A DNA stretch of 64,000 nucleotides from a bacterium (GTDB lineage Bacteria > Electryoneota > JAOADG01): assembly GCA_963681965.1 (NCBI GenBank), contig OY820579.1:2528001-2592000 (forward strand). Reading direction: 5' to 3'. The position numbers and the translations under genes were made by a program. A model generated the notes under the pieces. It was not told the origin of the DNA. It worked only from the letters and a program-made list of their open reading frames with translations, and ran no database searches. Positions 26,462-35,983 of this stretch are shown here, in pieces. Position 1 is the stretch's first letter. The number at the start of each line of letters is the position of its first letter.

Positions 26462-27175
26462 ATGAATCAGCAACCACAACGCAAGAAGCAAGTCGGCGAC
26501 TGGGTCGTCGTCACAGGCGGACAAAATCGCGGTATTGCCGGTGAAATAACCGTGATCAACCATCCTCGAATAACAGTTACCACTGCAGATGGAAATGAGA
26601 TCCATACCACCAGTGGATGGTTGGAATTTGCTAAGCGACCCGCAAAAAGAAAAGTGGAAGTGTCGTCGTTAGATGCACCAGTACCTGCGAGCGAACCAAT
26701 CGATTTATCTCGTGTCGCATTTGTTCACAGTGTAACTACCATCGAGTCGGAACCACCAGTTATTGAGCCGTTTGAAACTGTGGAAACGACACTGTCCGAA
26801 GTGGAACCCTCTCTCATCCCGGTGCCTGAGCCGGACGTCTCTTCCATTGCCGAGCCCGTATCTGTGCCACCGGAGTTAGTTACCGAGCAATCATCCGAAC
26901 CAGCACCGGAAAATGCCACTGTAGCCATCGTGGCTACGAACCCCTACAGCGAAATGACGGTCGTGCAACTGCAGTTGCTCGCCAAAGAGCGCGGCATCAG
27001 TATTGCCCGAACCAAGAGCGACTTCGTTCGGATTCTTACTGCTCAAGTTCCGGATATCGATGTCACTACGCTGAAAGGTCCCGAGCTATACAACAAGGTC
27101 GCAGAGCACCATATCTCTAGGCTCCGCTCCAAACACGATTTGGTTGATTTGCTGTCGCAAGGGGTTAGCCAATGA
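26462..27175 (+). CDS. Hypothetical protein: KOW-like N-terminus, Pro/Glu linker, duplicated SAP/Rho-N-like helical C-terminus
   Basis: VGDWVVVTGGQNRGIAGEI (KOW-like); two similar units GISIARTKSDFVRIL / HISRLRSKHDLVDLL; AAGGA RBS; upstream TTGACA(26380)-16nt-TACATT. Confidence 0.65.
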   Translation: MNQQPQRKKQVGDWVVVTGGQNRGIAGEITVINHPRITVTTADGNEIHTTSGWLEFAKRPAKRKVEVSSLDAPVPASEPIDLSRVAFVHSVTTIESEPPVIEPFETVETTLSEVEPSLIPVPEPDVSSIAEPVSVPPELVTEQSSEPAPENATVAIVATNPYSEMTVVQLQLLAKERGISIARTKSDFVRILTAQVPDIDVTTLKGPELYNKVAEHHISRLRSKHDLVDLLSQGVSQ

Positions 27176-28755
27176 TCCAACGCTTTGAAAATCTGAGTGC
27201 AACAGGTACGCCGCCGCTTCATGCAGTGGCGTATCTGCGCAAGTCGACGCGGGAGATGCAAGAAAACTCTATCTACAACCAACAGCTCGCGATTGACAAG
27301 TTTGCACAACACCACAATATCAAGATCGTAAAATACTTCATCGATGATGGCATCTCCGGTCTCACCATGCAGAAACGGGATGCCTTCAAGGAACTCATTA
27401 ACGATTACGTCGTTGGTGGTAAAGATCATTTTAGCATCATCCTGGTGCTGGATGTAACTCGCTGGGGTCGCTTCCAGGACATTGACGAATCAGCGCACCT
27501 GGAATTTCTTTGTCGGAAGCATGGCAAGGAAATCATCTATGTGACTGAGGAATTCAAGAACGATAATTCGATCATGGATTCACTGATCAAGGCGCTGAAA
27601 CGAGCAATGGCTGCTGAGTATTCCAAGAATTTGAGCGACAAGGTCCTTGCCGGTTCACTTACCATAGCAAAGCAGGGATTCCGAGTCGGTGCGCCTGCTC
27701 CCTACGGATATGAACGAATGCGCCTCGACCAGCAACGTAATCCCGTTGGAATTCTTCGCGATGGTGAACGAAAAGCGATTGCCAATGAACGTGTTACCCT
27801 TGTACCCGGTTCACCGGAAGAGACTGAAACCATTCGCCACATATTTTCCGCATTTACTGAACGTGGTCTGCGTGAAGGTAAAATTGCGGTTGAATTGAAT
27901 GAACGAAAAGTTCCCTCACCGGGTGGAGGTGAGTGGTCGGAAAATACGATCAGGGTGCTACTGCGCGATGAAACGTACACCGGTACTCTGCGGTACAATC
28001 GTACATCGTCGCGACTGCATGGACCTACGAAGAAAAATCCGCGTGACCGGTGGGTACTGGTTCCGCAGGCATTCGAAGCGATTGTCTCTCCGGATACCTT
28101 CGTGCAAGCCCAACAGATATTTCAAGAGCGACATCCAGTTTGGAATGATCAGGATATTATTCTCCGTTTACAGGAGCTGTTTCAGAAGCATGGAAAGCTG
28201 ACTGGATTGATCATTGAATCAACACCGGAGATGCCTTCTACCACCATCCTGAAAAAGCGATTCGGTTCGTTGTTCAATGCCTACAAATTGGTCGGGTATG
28301 TACCACCCTATGATATCCGATTCTTCGAATTGAAGGACATGGTAAAATCCATCGAAGAAAAATTGTGGCAAGATGTACTTGCAGCACTTAACGAGATGGG
28401 ACTCACCGTAGTTGATCATGGCACTCACCTTTGTCTCAATGAACAGCTCAACATTCAACTCATGGCTTCCAGTATCCGTAATAACAATGGGAAGAAACGC
28501 TGGGCATACCGCTTCGACCATCAGGTTGATATTGATCTGACTCTTGCTGTACGCCTTGCTGATGACGAAGGAAACATTCTTGATTTCTACTGTTTCCCAA
28601 CTATCGCAATGGAGACGGAAAAATTATTTGTCTCGTGGTCAAACGGAATCTACATCGATGCGTTTCGGTTCGATACCCTGATCGATGTGTACGATTTGTT
28701 TGGTGACACTGACCGTATTAGAAAGGAGGAACCAACGTATGAAAACCGTTCGTAA
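27172..28755 (+). CDS. Large serine recombinase (resolvase + recombinase domains, atypical C-terminus)
   Basis: AYLRKST catalytic motif, DVTRWGRFQ, AAEYSKNLS, APYGY; no Zn ribbon seen. Confidence 0.92.
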   Translation: MIQRFENLSATGTPPLHAVAYLRKSTREMQENSIYNQQLAIDKFAQHHNIKIVKYFIDDGISGLTMQKRDAFKELINDYVVGGKDHFSIILVLDVTRWGRFQDIDESAHLEFLCRKHGKEIIYVTEEFKNDNSIMDSLIKALKRAMAAEYSKNLSDKVLAGSLTIAKQGFRVGAPAPYGYERMRLDQQRNPVGILRDGERKAIANERVTLVPGSPEETETIRHIFSAFTERGLREGKIAVELNERKVPSPGGGEWSENTIRVLLRDETYTGTLRYNRTSSRLHGPTKKNPRDRWVLVPQAFEAIVSPDTFVQAQQIFQERHPVWNDQDIILRLQELFQKHGKLTGLIIESTPEMPSTTILKKRFGSLFNAYKLVGYVPPYDIRFFELKDMVKSIEEKLWQDVLAALNEMGLTVVDHGTHLCLNEQLNIQLMASSIRNNNGKKRWAYRFDHQVDIDLTLAVRLADDEGNILDFYCFPTIAMETEKLFVSWSNGIYIDAFRFDTLIDVYDLFGDTDRIRKEEPTYENRS

Positions 28756-29638
28756 TGTCGTTGAAATCAAGATCGACAGAATCAAAATCATCAATCCACG
28801 CGAGCGCGATCCGGCGAAGTTTGCAGAAAATGTCGCCAGTATTCAGCGCCTCGGTTTGAAACGTCCGATTGTCGTCAATTCCCGCTTCATCAAGGAGCAT
28901 GGTAAGTACGAGTTGGTTTGTGGTCAAGGGCGCATTGAAGCATTCCAGAAATTGAAACGTGACACTATTCCAGCATTAACCGTAGATGTCGACCGCGAGA
29001 CCGCACTCATCATGTCCATCGCGGAGAATGCTACCCGGAGCATGCCACCACCCATCTGGTTCGCACAAGTAGTCAAAGGGCTCGTAGAAAGTGGAATGTC
29101 GATTGATAACATTGCTGTTATTGTTGATCGGAGTCCGGTTGTGGTTAGAGACTACTTGACCTTGATTGAGCATGGTGACCGGCGACTAATTAATGCCGTA
29201 GAACAACAACGGATAGCCGTTCGAGCTGCGATAGCAATCTCACGAGAGCCTAATGGGGAGTTGCAACAACTTCTGGCGAAAGGAATCGAGAGTGGTTTGT
29301 TTGACGCAAATGAGATTTCTGCTGTGCGAAAAATTATCCAGAACCGGATGCGTTTTCTACAAGCCAACCAGGCAAAGAAGGAAAGTAAGAATTCCGGGAG
29401 ATTGGAGCTTTCAATAGAGGCACTGCGAAAGGAAATCAAGCGGAAACTCGACAAATGGGATGACTTCATTCGCAGGTCTCGTCGTAACGAGAATCAAATA
29501 ACAATCCTCAGCGATTCCTGTACCCGGTTGTTTGAAGATTCCGACTGGTTAGAAGTGATCGAAGCACAGAAACTTACGGAATTTCCAAAGTTGCGTGGCG
29601 ACGATTTGAGTGTACTCTTCCCAACAATGAAAAAGTGA
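28739..29638 (+). CDS. ParB/RepB-like N-terminal domain protein 1
   Basis: NPRER, GLKRPIVV, LVCGQGRIEA, SIAEN; AGGAGG RBS before ATG 28739. Confidence 0.85.
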   Translation: MKTVRNVVEIKIDRIKIINPRERDPAKFAENVASIQRLGLKRPIVVNSRFIKEHGKYELVCGQGRIEAFQKLKRDTIPALTVDVDRETALIMSIAENATRSMPPPIWFAQVVKGLVESGMSIDNIAVIVDRSPVVVRDYLTLIEHGDRRLINAVEQQRIAVRAAIAISREPNGELQQLLAKGIESGLFDANEISAVRKIIQNRMRFLQANQAKKESKNSGRLELSIEALRKEIKRKLDKWDDFIRRSRRNENQITILSDSCTRLFEDSDWLEVIEAQKLTEFPKLRGDDLSVLFPTMKK

Positions 29639-29645
29639 GGTTATT

Positions 29646-30506
29646 ATGCGCAAGCATGCTTTCGAAACGAACACAGTATTACTTCCGGTCTGCGACCTGA
29701 ATGCGATGTTCACACGTAACACCAAAAGCTCAAAAACGATGCTCTACCAGCGCATCCTATCATCAATCCGTGAAGTCGGACTCATTGAACCACTCGTCGT
29801 TGTGGAAAAAGAGGGTCGGTACTTCATCAAGGATGGATACTTGCGGTATAAGGCACTGCAGGAGCTGAACATCGATTACGCGGAGTGTTTGATTAGCTCC
29901 GATGATGACGTGTACACCTACAACAAGCGTGTTAATCCCCTCTCAGCCTCCGAGGCACATACCATGATCAATAAGGCGATTACCGAAGGGGTTAGTATCG
30001 ACAAAATTGCGAAGACATTAAATGTGGAAAAGCAGTGGGTTCGCCAAATGGATAATCTACTGGTCGGAATTGCACCTTCTCTGGTTGGTGTACTGAAACA
30101 GCACAATGTTTCGAAATCCATCTACGAAGAGCTGAAAAAGGTAACCCAGGCTCGTCAAATCGAGATCGTGGAATTCCTCCGGACTACCAATGACTTTTCC
30201 CTGCGGTACACTCGGATGCTGGTAGGTGCCACGCCGAAAGAGCAATGGGTCGAATCCAAGCTGCCAAAGAAATCCATCGACGAGGAAATCAAGCGTGAAC
30301 TTGCCGGGAAACTCTACAAGATGGAAGAGTCCTTCAAAAAGGCAACCGACACCTTTCGGGACAATGTGTTCAATCTGGTTATGCTGTCCGGGTATCTACG
30401 TCAAGTGATCAGCAACCCAACTGCAAAGGGGTTCCTTGACCAGAATTACCCTGATATCCTGGTTACGTTCGAGAAGATTGTCAAAGACCCAAGTCTGGAT
30501 GTGTGA
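29646..30506 (+). CDS. ParB/RepB-like protein 2
   Basis: SIREVGLIEPLVV, DGYLR, YTYNKRVN motifs. Confidence 0.85.
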   Translation: MRKHAFETNTVLLPVCDLNAMFTRNTKSSKTMLYQRILSSIREVGLIEPLVVVEKEGRYFIKDGYLRYKALQELNIDYAECLISSDDDVYTYNKRVNPLSASEAHTMINKAITEGVSIDKIAKTLNVEKQWVRQMDNLLVGIAPSLVGVLKQHNVSKSIYEELKKVTQARQIEIVEFLRTTNDFSLRYTRMLVGATPKEQWVESKLPKKSIDEEIKRELAGKLYKMEESFKKATDTFRDNVFNLVMLSGYLRQVISNPTAKGFLDQNYPDILVTFEKIVKDPSLDV

Positions 30507-30556
30507 GCCACTAACTTATGAAATAACAAGATGTAACGTATCTTTAAGTAGCTATA

Positions 30557-30585
30557 TTGACATTGACTGTCTATTATGTTACTTT
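30557..30585 (+). promoter_or_regulatory. Sigma70-like promoter
   Basis: TTGACA (30557-62), 17-nt spacer ending TGT, TACTTT (30580-85); GGAGG RBS before ATG 30606. Confidence 0.6.
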
Positions 30586-30605
30586 GCGGTACGGAGGAAA
30601 TTATC

Positions 30606-31757
30606 ATGGCAACTCTCCAGCTATCATCCAATCTAAAACGCATCCGACACCATTGTAAACTCACTCAACCTGAGGTAGCGGAGAAAGCTGGTCTTTCTCT
30701 TGCTGCGTACCGCAAGATTGAATCAGGCGTTTCGGAACCGCGTGTAAACAGCTTACAAGCTATCGCGAAAGCGCTGAGTACTAATATACCGGAGCTTCTG
30801 CTGCCAGTGCAGCAGTTGAGTGCGGTACGATTCCGGTCGAGTAAAAAACTAAGGAGCCGCGAGCAGATTCTCGCACAAGTCGGAACTTGGAGTTCGAACT
30901 ACCATTTACTGGAAAAGCTACTTCACGATTATAGTAAATCAAAGTTACCAGCCACTTCTAAGTCTTCACGTCGGTCAACTTCCTCGGTTGAAGAGCTAGC
31001 GATGTCGATCAGATCTGCTTTCGGTATAAGGGGCGACGAACCGATACAAGATATCTGCGGTTTGATAGAAAAAAATGGCATCAAAATCGGAACCTTACGT
31101 ATTGCTTCACCTGAATTCTTTGGATTGTCGATTTCCGCTCGCGACGGTGGACCTGCAGTGGTAGTAAATACTTGGGAAAGAATCTCGGTTGAACGCTGGA
31201 TATTTACCACTGCTCACGAGCTTGGGCACTTAGTAATGCATGACTCAGATTACGATGCTGAACAGAAAGACGAAGAGGCAAGGCACGAGCAAGAGGCTAA
31301 TCAATTCGCATCTTACTTTCTGATGCCGCGAGATGCTTTTCTGAAAGAATGGGATGAACCATACGGGTTAGCTTTTCTTGACCGTGTGTTGAAAGTTAAG
31401 CGTCTATTCAAAGTCAGTTACAAAACGATTCTCTATCGTCTGGTAGAGGAGAAAAAAGCAGATTCTGATGTTTGGGCTAGCTTTCACTTTGAATTCAAAC
31501 GGAAATATGGTCGTTCTCTCCTACATCACGTTGAGCCTAATGCGATATCACAGGATGCGTTTCGTTCTAATCAACCAGCAGTACTCGCAGCCGATGAACC
31601 GGAAGGAGTTTCTAAGTATGAATTTCCAGGTGATCGTTACTCCCGTCTTGTTCGAAAAGCAGTGGAAGAAAGTCACATTTCACTTAGCCGAGCAGCTGAG
31701 ATGATTGGTTGTTCGTTATCAGAAATGAGACAACGTGCTGCTACGTGGGTAGCATAA
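30606..31757 (+). CDS. XRE-family HTH + ImmA/IrrE (DUF955) metallopeptidase
   Basis: N-terminal HTH (LTQPEVAEKAGLS...IESG), AHELGH zincin motif, EANQFASYFLMP, ISLSRAAE. Confidence 0.92.
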   Translation: MATLQLSSNLKRIRHHCKLTQPEVAEKAGLSLAAYRKIESGVSEPRVNSLQAIAKALSTNIPELLLPVQQLSAVRFRSSKKLRSREQILAQVGTWSSNYHLLEKLLHDYSKSKLPATSKSSRRSTSSVEELAMSIRSAFGIRGDEPIQDICGLIEKNGIKIGTLRIASPEFFGLSISARDGGPAVVVNTWERISVERWIFTTAHELGHLVMHDSDYDAEQKDEEARHEQEANQFASYFLMPRDAFLKEWDEPYGLAFLDRVLKVKRLFKVSYKTILYRLVEEKKADSDVWASFHFEFKRKYGRSLLHHVEPNAISQDAFRSNQPAVLAADEPEGVSKYEFPGDRYSRLVRKAVEESHISLSRAAEMIGCSLSEMRQRAATWVA

Positions 31758-31758
31758 A

Positions 31759-32001
31759 ATGAAAACGCCCCCACATCGACTACTTTTAATGGACGCGAAT
31801 GTACTGATCGACTTTGTCAAATCCGATGCTTCTATGCTTCCCGTTTTTTCTGATACTCAGACCAGTTGGATACCGCCGACTTCCCACCACGGTTGCACCT
31901 GTCGCAATTCCTCTACCCATCCAAGCTACTATCGATTCTACGTTTCAGTGCCACCTGAACGCAACCTGTCGCGAACTCGACGAGCGTCAGGCTCCAGTTG
32001 A
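31759..32001 (+). pseudogene. Truncated PIN-domain partner gene
   Basis: Starts 1 nt after peptidase stop with LLLMDANVLID (PIN first motif); protein-like character lost after ~31850. Confidence 0.6.
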
Positions 32002-32482
32002 TTCTGTGCGTCATTTTCTGTCGCTTCAAACTGGTAACTTGGAAGTTCGCGTTAACAAGTGTCGAATTTTCTTTGTGTTCTAATTGCTTGATTCCAATTA
32101 AGATTATGACGGTAGTGGAGTTGCAGAACATTGCTAAAGAGTACGACATTTCAGGTGCAAGAACGAAAACTATTTCTGCACTTCATTAAGAAACTTGATT
32201 AGAACTTAGAATAACTGAGGAGTTTAGCACTGTGAAGAAAATCTCCACATCTCGTTTCTCGCAATTGCGTACAAAGAAGATCTGAAAGAGTAACTCTAGT
32301 AATAAGTCTCGGCAAATCAACTCTGCATGCAGATAAATCAGACGTGACATCTTCTTTTGATTTTTTAAAAAATAGTAATCGGGAGTAGCTCTTGGGCTGG
32401 TTGTTTGCGTAAATTGCATTTTCTCTCAAACTACGTATTAAAAAGAAAAGTAACGTCGTAGATCGTAAAGTTCGAGTTAACA

Positions 32483-35400
32483 ATGACCAAATTACTTCCC
32501 GGGGACATCATCGCTGGGTTGGAACCAGATGAGCACGTTCAAATCAGAAGCCTTACACAGCTTGGTGAGAAGGTTTTGATTGATGGTATCGGCGAACGAA
32601 GTCGTCGTGAAATCCGGCGCCCTGTTTCTGTAACTGAGATTGAGCGCCTTACTAAAATTCGTGGTTCGAACTACTCGTTTGATGGTGATTCACGAAGTTT
32701 CCTATTGGGTATGGAAGCGACCCGCATCCAAATCGCTTACCAGTTTGACCCATTGTTCGCAGTGAACTCTAGTGTCGTTGACGTGCTTCCTCATCAGGTA
32801 GAAGCAGTCTATCGGTATCTGTTACCACTACCCCGAATCCGCTTCCTACTTGCCGATGACACAGGTGCTGGCAAGACTATCATGACCGGATTGTTAATTA
32901 AGGAATTGTTATTTCGAGGCATCATTAGTAAGGTGCTCATCATAACGCCAGGTGGTCTTACTGGACAGTGGCGTGACGAAATGATTGACAAGTTTGGTCT
33001 CCCATTCCGACTGATTAACCGTGCGACATTTGATGCAGAGCCTGGTCAGTTTGCGCGTAACGATGAAGGGGCATTTATCACATCCATCGACTTTATTTCT
33101 CGCAACGAAGGATGCCTGAATGCCGCCAAAGAAACTCCGTGGGACATCATCGTCGTAGATGAAGCTCACAAGTTGTCCGCTTATGAGTATGGCACCAAAG
33201 TCGATAAAAACGAACGCTACCAAGCGATTGAGGCTCTATCGACCCGCACTGACCACTTACTTTTCCTGACTGCTACCCCACATCGTGGTCGCAAGGATAC
33301 GTTCCGCAGATTACTGATGCTGTTAGACCAGGATTTGTTTCAGAAAGATGAACTGGTCACTGAACGCTTGAAACGCCAAGCGCAGACAGTCAATCTCAAT
33401 ACGGAACAGTTTGAAGCGGAAGCAGCAATCAATGAAGCGAGGAATCGATTCTTCCTGCGAAGATTGAAAGAGGAGATGGTCGATTGGAACGGTAACCAGC
33501 TCTTCAAACCCCGCCATACGAACACCGTCGGATACAATCTGACACCAGAAGAGTATCAACTGTACTTAGCGGTCACAGCGTATGTTCGGTCACGTCGAAA
33601 GCAGGCGAAGGAAAAGAAAAATCGAAACGTCGAACTAGCTCTAGTCGTTATGCAACGCCGATTGGCAAGCAGTATCTACGCCATTACCAAGACGCTGGAA
33701 AACCGACTCAATTCTTTAGAGTATGCTCTGGATGTACTCAAAGATGCACAGCGCAAGACTGAATTGAAAGCGTTGCTGAGGGGCAGTGAAAACGATATCC
33801 CCACCAGTTACGACGACTATGAAGAGCAGGATGACATTCAGCGGGAAGATGTCGACAAGAAGATTTTCCGTTACGTTCTTAGCGATAATCCTGAGGAAGT
33901 TGCCAAAGAAAAATCGGAAGTGATTGCGTTACTTGAGATGGCTCGTGCGTTGAAGAATCACAAGGAAGCCAAGTTCTCAGAATTGTTACGGGTACTCGAT
34001 TCTTCCGATGTGATTCGACGAGAAGAAGAGAAGCTCGTCATCTTCACCGAACACAAACACACCCTTGACAATCTTCAAATGCGACTTTCCGCAATGGGGT
34101 ATTCAGTCACCACGATTCATGGTGGGATGGATATCGAAATGCGTAAGCAGGCGCAACGAGAATTCCGAACGCGCTCTAAAATCATGATTGCCACCGATGC
34201 CGCAGGCGAAGGTATCAACCTCCAGTTTTGTCGATATCTCATCAACTGGGACATCCCATGGAATCCTAATCGCCTTGAACAGCGCATGGGTCGTATCCAC
34301 CGCTACGGTCAGTTAAGCGACGTATGGGTCTACAATCTTGTCGCAACTAACACACGTGAAGGTTCTGTTCTTCAACGTGTTCTAACGAAGCTTGACCAAA
34401 TGCGAGAGCAGATGGGTACGGACCGCGTCTATGATGTTATCGACGAACTTCTCGATGATGTTCCACTGGTAGAATTGATTGAACGCTCCATCGACGAAGA
34501 CTCGCCTGATGATGTATGTGATGATACCGACCGATTGTTGAGTAATGACAAAGAAGGTCGTGCCGAAGAGCTTATCAACTTGCAGAAGAAAGCGTCACTA
34601 GCCTCCCATCTAGATATGCGTCAGGCTACTGAATTACGTGATGCCTCCGACGAGAGAAGACTGCAACCAATCTTCGTACAGAACTTCTTCTTTGATGCCT
34701 ATCGTGCCGCAAGTGGGATGATTACCGAAGACAATTACTATCCTGTTTTCACTGTTGGTAAAGTTCCTTCCGTACTATTGGAAGTCGCCAGACAGAATCA
34801 CTTTCCCATTACTGAATCGTACCTAACTCCATTCGTATTCGACAAGAACTTGGTAAGTGTTGCCAGTCGTACTGCTGTCCCTGATGGCACCAGAATGATT
34901 GGTCCCGGTCATCCACTGTTCGAAACTCTCATCATGTGGGCGTTGAAAAGTTCACGGGAAGCGTTCACGAAGGGAACAGTTCTCATCGACCCGAACATTG
35001 CTTCCCCACAACGGATTTGGATTGTCCGCTCCAAGATTGAAGATGAACGCCGGGAAGAGCGGGTACGTACTGCACACGAGAAACTTGCTGTCGTGATTGA
35101 AGACCATCTCGGTTTGCGGTCAACGTCACCGGCGAATCTGCTGATATACACGACACCCGATTCACCGATTGACTTGCCAACGGTAGATGCAAAGTCGAAT
35201 GATGAAATCCAACTTTGGACCTACGAGTACATCACTGAACCACAGAAGAAGCAGGTTACCAAGCATCGGCAAACTGAGACTGACTTGCGTCGCACGTACT
35301 TGACTCACACTTTTTCGGAACTGATAAGCGAGTTACAAAGTCAGCTTGAAGAATTGCAACGCTACCAACTGTACGGTGATGACAAACCGGAAGAGCGGCA

Positions 35401-35983
35401 GAAGTTGGAACAGCGCGTACAACAACTGAAGGATCGCAAGATAGTCCGACTGGAAGAGTTGGAATTGATGATGCGATTACGTGCCAACCTTCCTGAGATT
35501 ATAACTTCTGCGGTGGTCATCCCTTCACCGATTGCAATGGTTGTTTCCGACGACAGCTCGCTACAGCGTGGCGTACCGATGCGTCGCGATGACGAAGTCG
35601 AACGCATTGCAATGGATGTGGTGATGCGGTTTGAGCGTAGTCGTGGATGGCATCCTACCGATGTATCGCAAGATGGCGAACACTATGATATCCGCTCTGA
35701 ATCGCCAGATGGACAGAAACGCTTCATCGAAGTAAAAGGTCGTGCGACAACAGGCGCCATCGTTATCACATCGTCGGAGCGGGATAAGCTGGCACAACTA
35801 AAAGACCGCGCCTTTCTGTATATTGTGACACAGTGCCGAAGCGCATTACCGCGACTTCGTATCATTCCGAATCCGATGGATTGCCTGAACCCTGAACAAT
35901 GGTATCGGCAGGTTCAGTACCTCGTTCAACTATCTGACTGGCAACATCAAGGGGAAGAATATGACTTGTCCGCGCTTAATTGA
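32483..35983 (+). CDS. SNF2-family helicase with C-terminal DUF3883-type PD-(D/E)XK nuclease
   Basis: LADDTGAGKT, DEAH, LTATPH, TDAAGEGINLQ, QRMGRIHR; C-terminal YDI.S...FIEVKGR. Confidence 0.93.
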   Translation: MTKLLPGDIIAGLEPDEHVQIRSLTQLGEKVLIDGIGERSRREIRRPVSVTEIERLTKIRGSNYSFDGDSRSFLLGMEATRIQIAYQFDPLFAVNSSVVDVLPHQVEAVYRYLLPLPRIRFLLADDTGAGKTIMTGLLIKELLFRGIISKVLIITPGGLTGQWRDEMIDKFGLPFRLINRATFDAEPGQFARNDEGAFITSIDFISRNEGCLNAAKETPWDIIVVDEAHKLSAYEYGTKVDKNERYQAIEALSTRTDHLLFLTATPHRGRKDTFRRLLMLLDQDLFQKDELVTERLKRQAQTVNLNTEQFEAEAAINEARNRFFLRRLKEEMVDWNGNQLFKPRHTNTVGYNLTPEEYQLYLAVTAYVRSRRKQAKEKKNRNVELALVVMQRRLASSIYAITKTLENRLNSLEYALDVLKDAQRKTELKALLRGSENDIPTSYDDYEEQDDIQREDVDKKIFRYVLSDNPEEVAKEKSEVIALLEMARALKNHKEAKFSELLRVLDSSDVIRREEEKLVIFTEHKHTLDNLQMRLSAMGYSVTTIHGGMDIEMRKQAQREFRTRSKIMIATDAAGEGINLQFCRYLINWDIPWNPNRLEQRMGRIHRYGQLSDVWVYNLVATNTREGSVLQRVLTKLDQMREQMGTDRVYDVIDELLDDVPLVELIERSIDEDSPDDVCDDTDRLLSNDKEGRAEELINLQKKASLASHLDMRQATELRDASDERRLQPIFVQNFFFDAYRAASGMITEDNYYPVFTVGKVPSVLLEVARQNHFPITESYLTPFVFDKNLVSVASRTAVPDGTRMIGPGHPLFETLIMWALKSSREAFTKGTVLIDPNIASPQRIWIVRSKIEDERREERVRTAHEKLAVVIEDHLGLRSTSPANLLIYTTPDSPIDLPTVDAKSNDEIQLWTYEYITEPQKKQVTKHRQTETDLRRTYLTHTFSELISELQSQLEELQRYQLYGDDKPEERQKLEQRVQQLKDRKIVRLEELELMMRLRANLPEIITSAVVIPSPIAMVVSDDSSLQRGVPMRRDDEVERIAMDVVMRFERSRGWHPTDVSQDGEHYDIRSESPDGQKRFIEVKGRATTGAIVITSSERDKLAQLKDRAFLYIVTQCRSALPRLRIIPNPMDCLNPEQWYRQVQYLVQLSDWQHQGEEYDLSALN

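Larger units (their letters stand above)
1..30506 (+). mobile_element. Prophage, myovirus-like (head-neck-contractile tail-baseplate-fibre-lysis module plus right-arm accessory and recombinase genes); left end outside window, right end approximate
   Basis: Co-oriented, tightly packed genes in canonical order: protease, capsid, neck, sheath, tube, chaperone, TMP, baseplate, fibres, holin, amidase. Sequence becomes visibly more AT-rich after ~30.5 kb. No att site identified for this end. Confidence 0.85.

Noticed and set aside
32002-32482. Short ORFs in the AT-rich gap before the helicase
   Set aside because: No RBS or motifs; more likely promoter region and debris.
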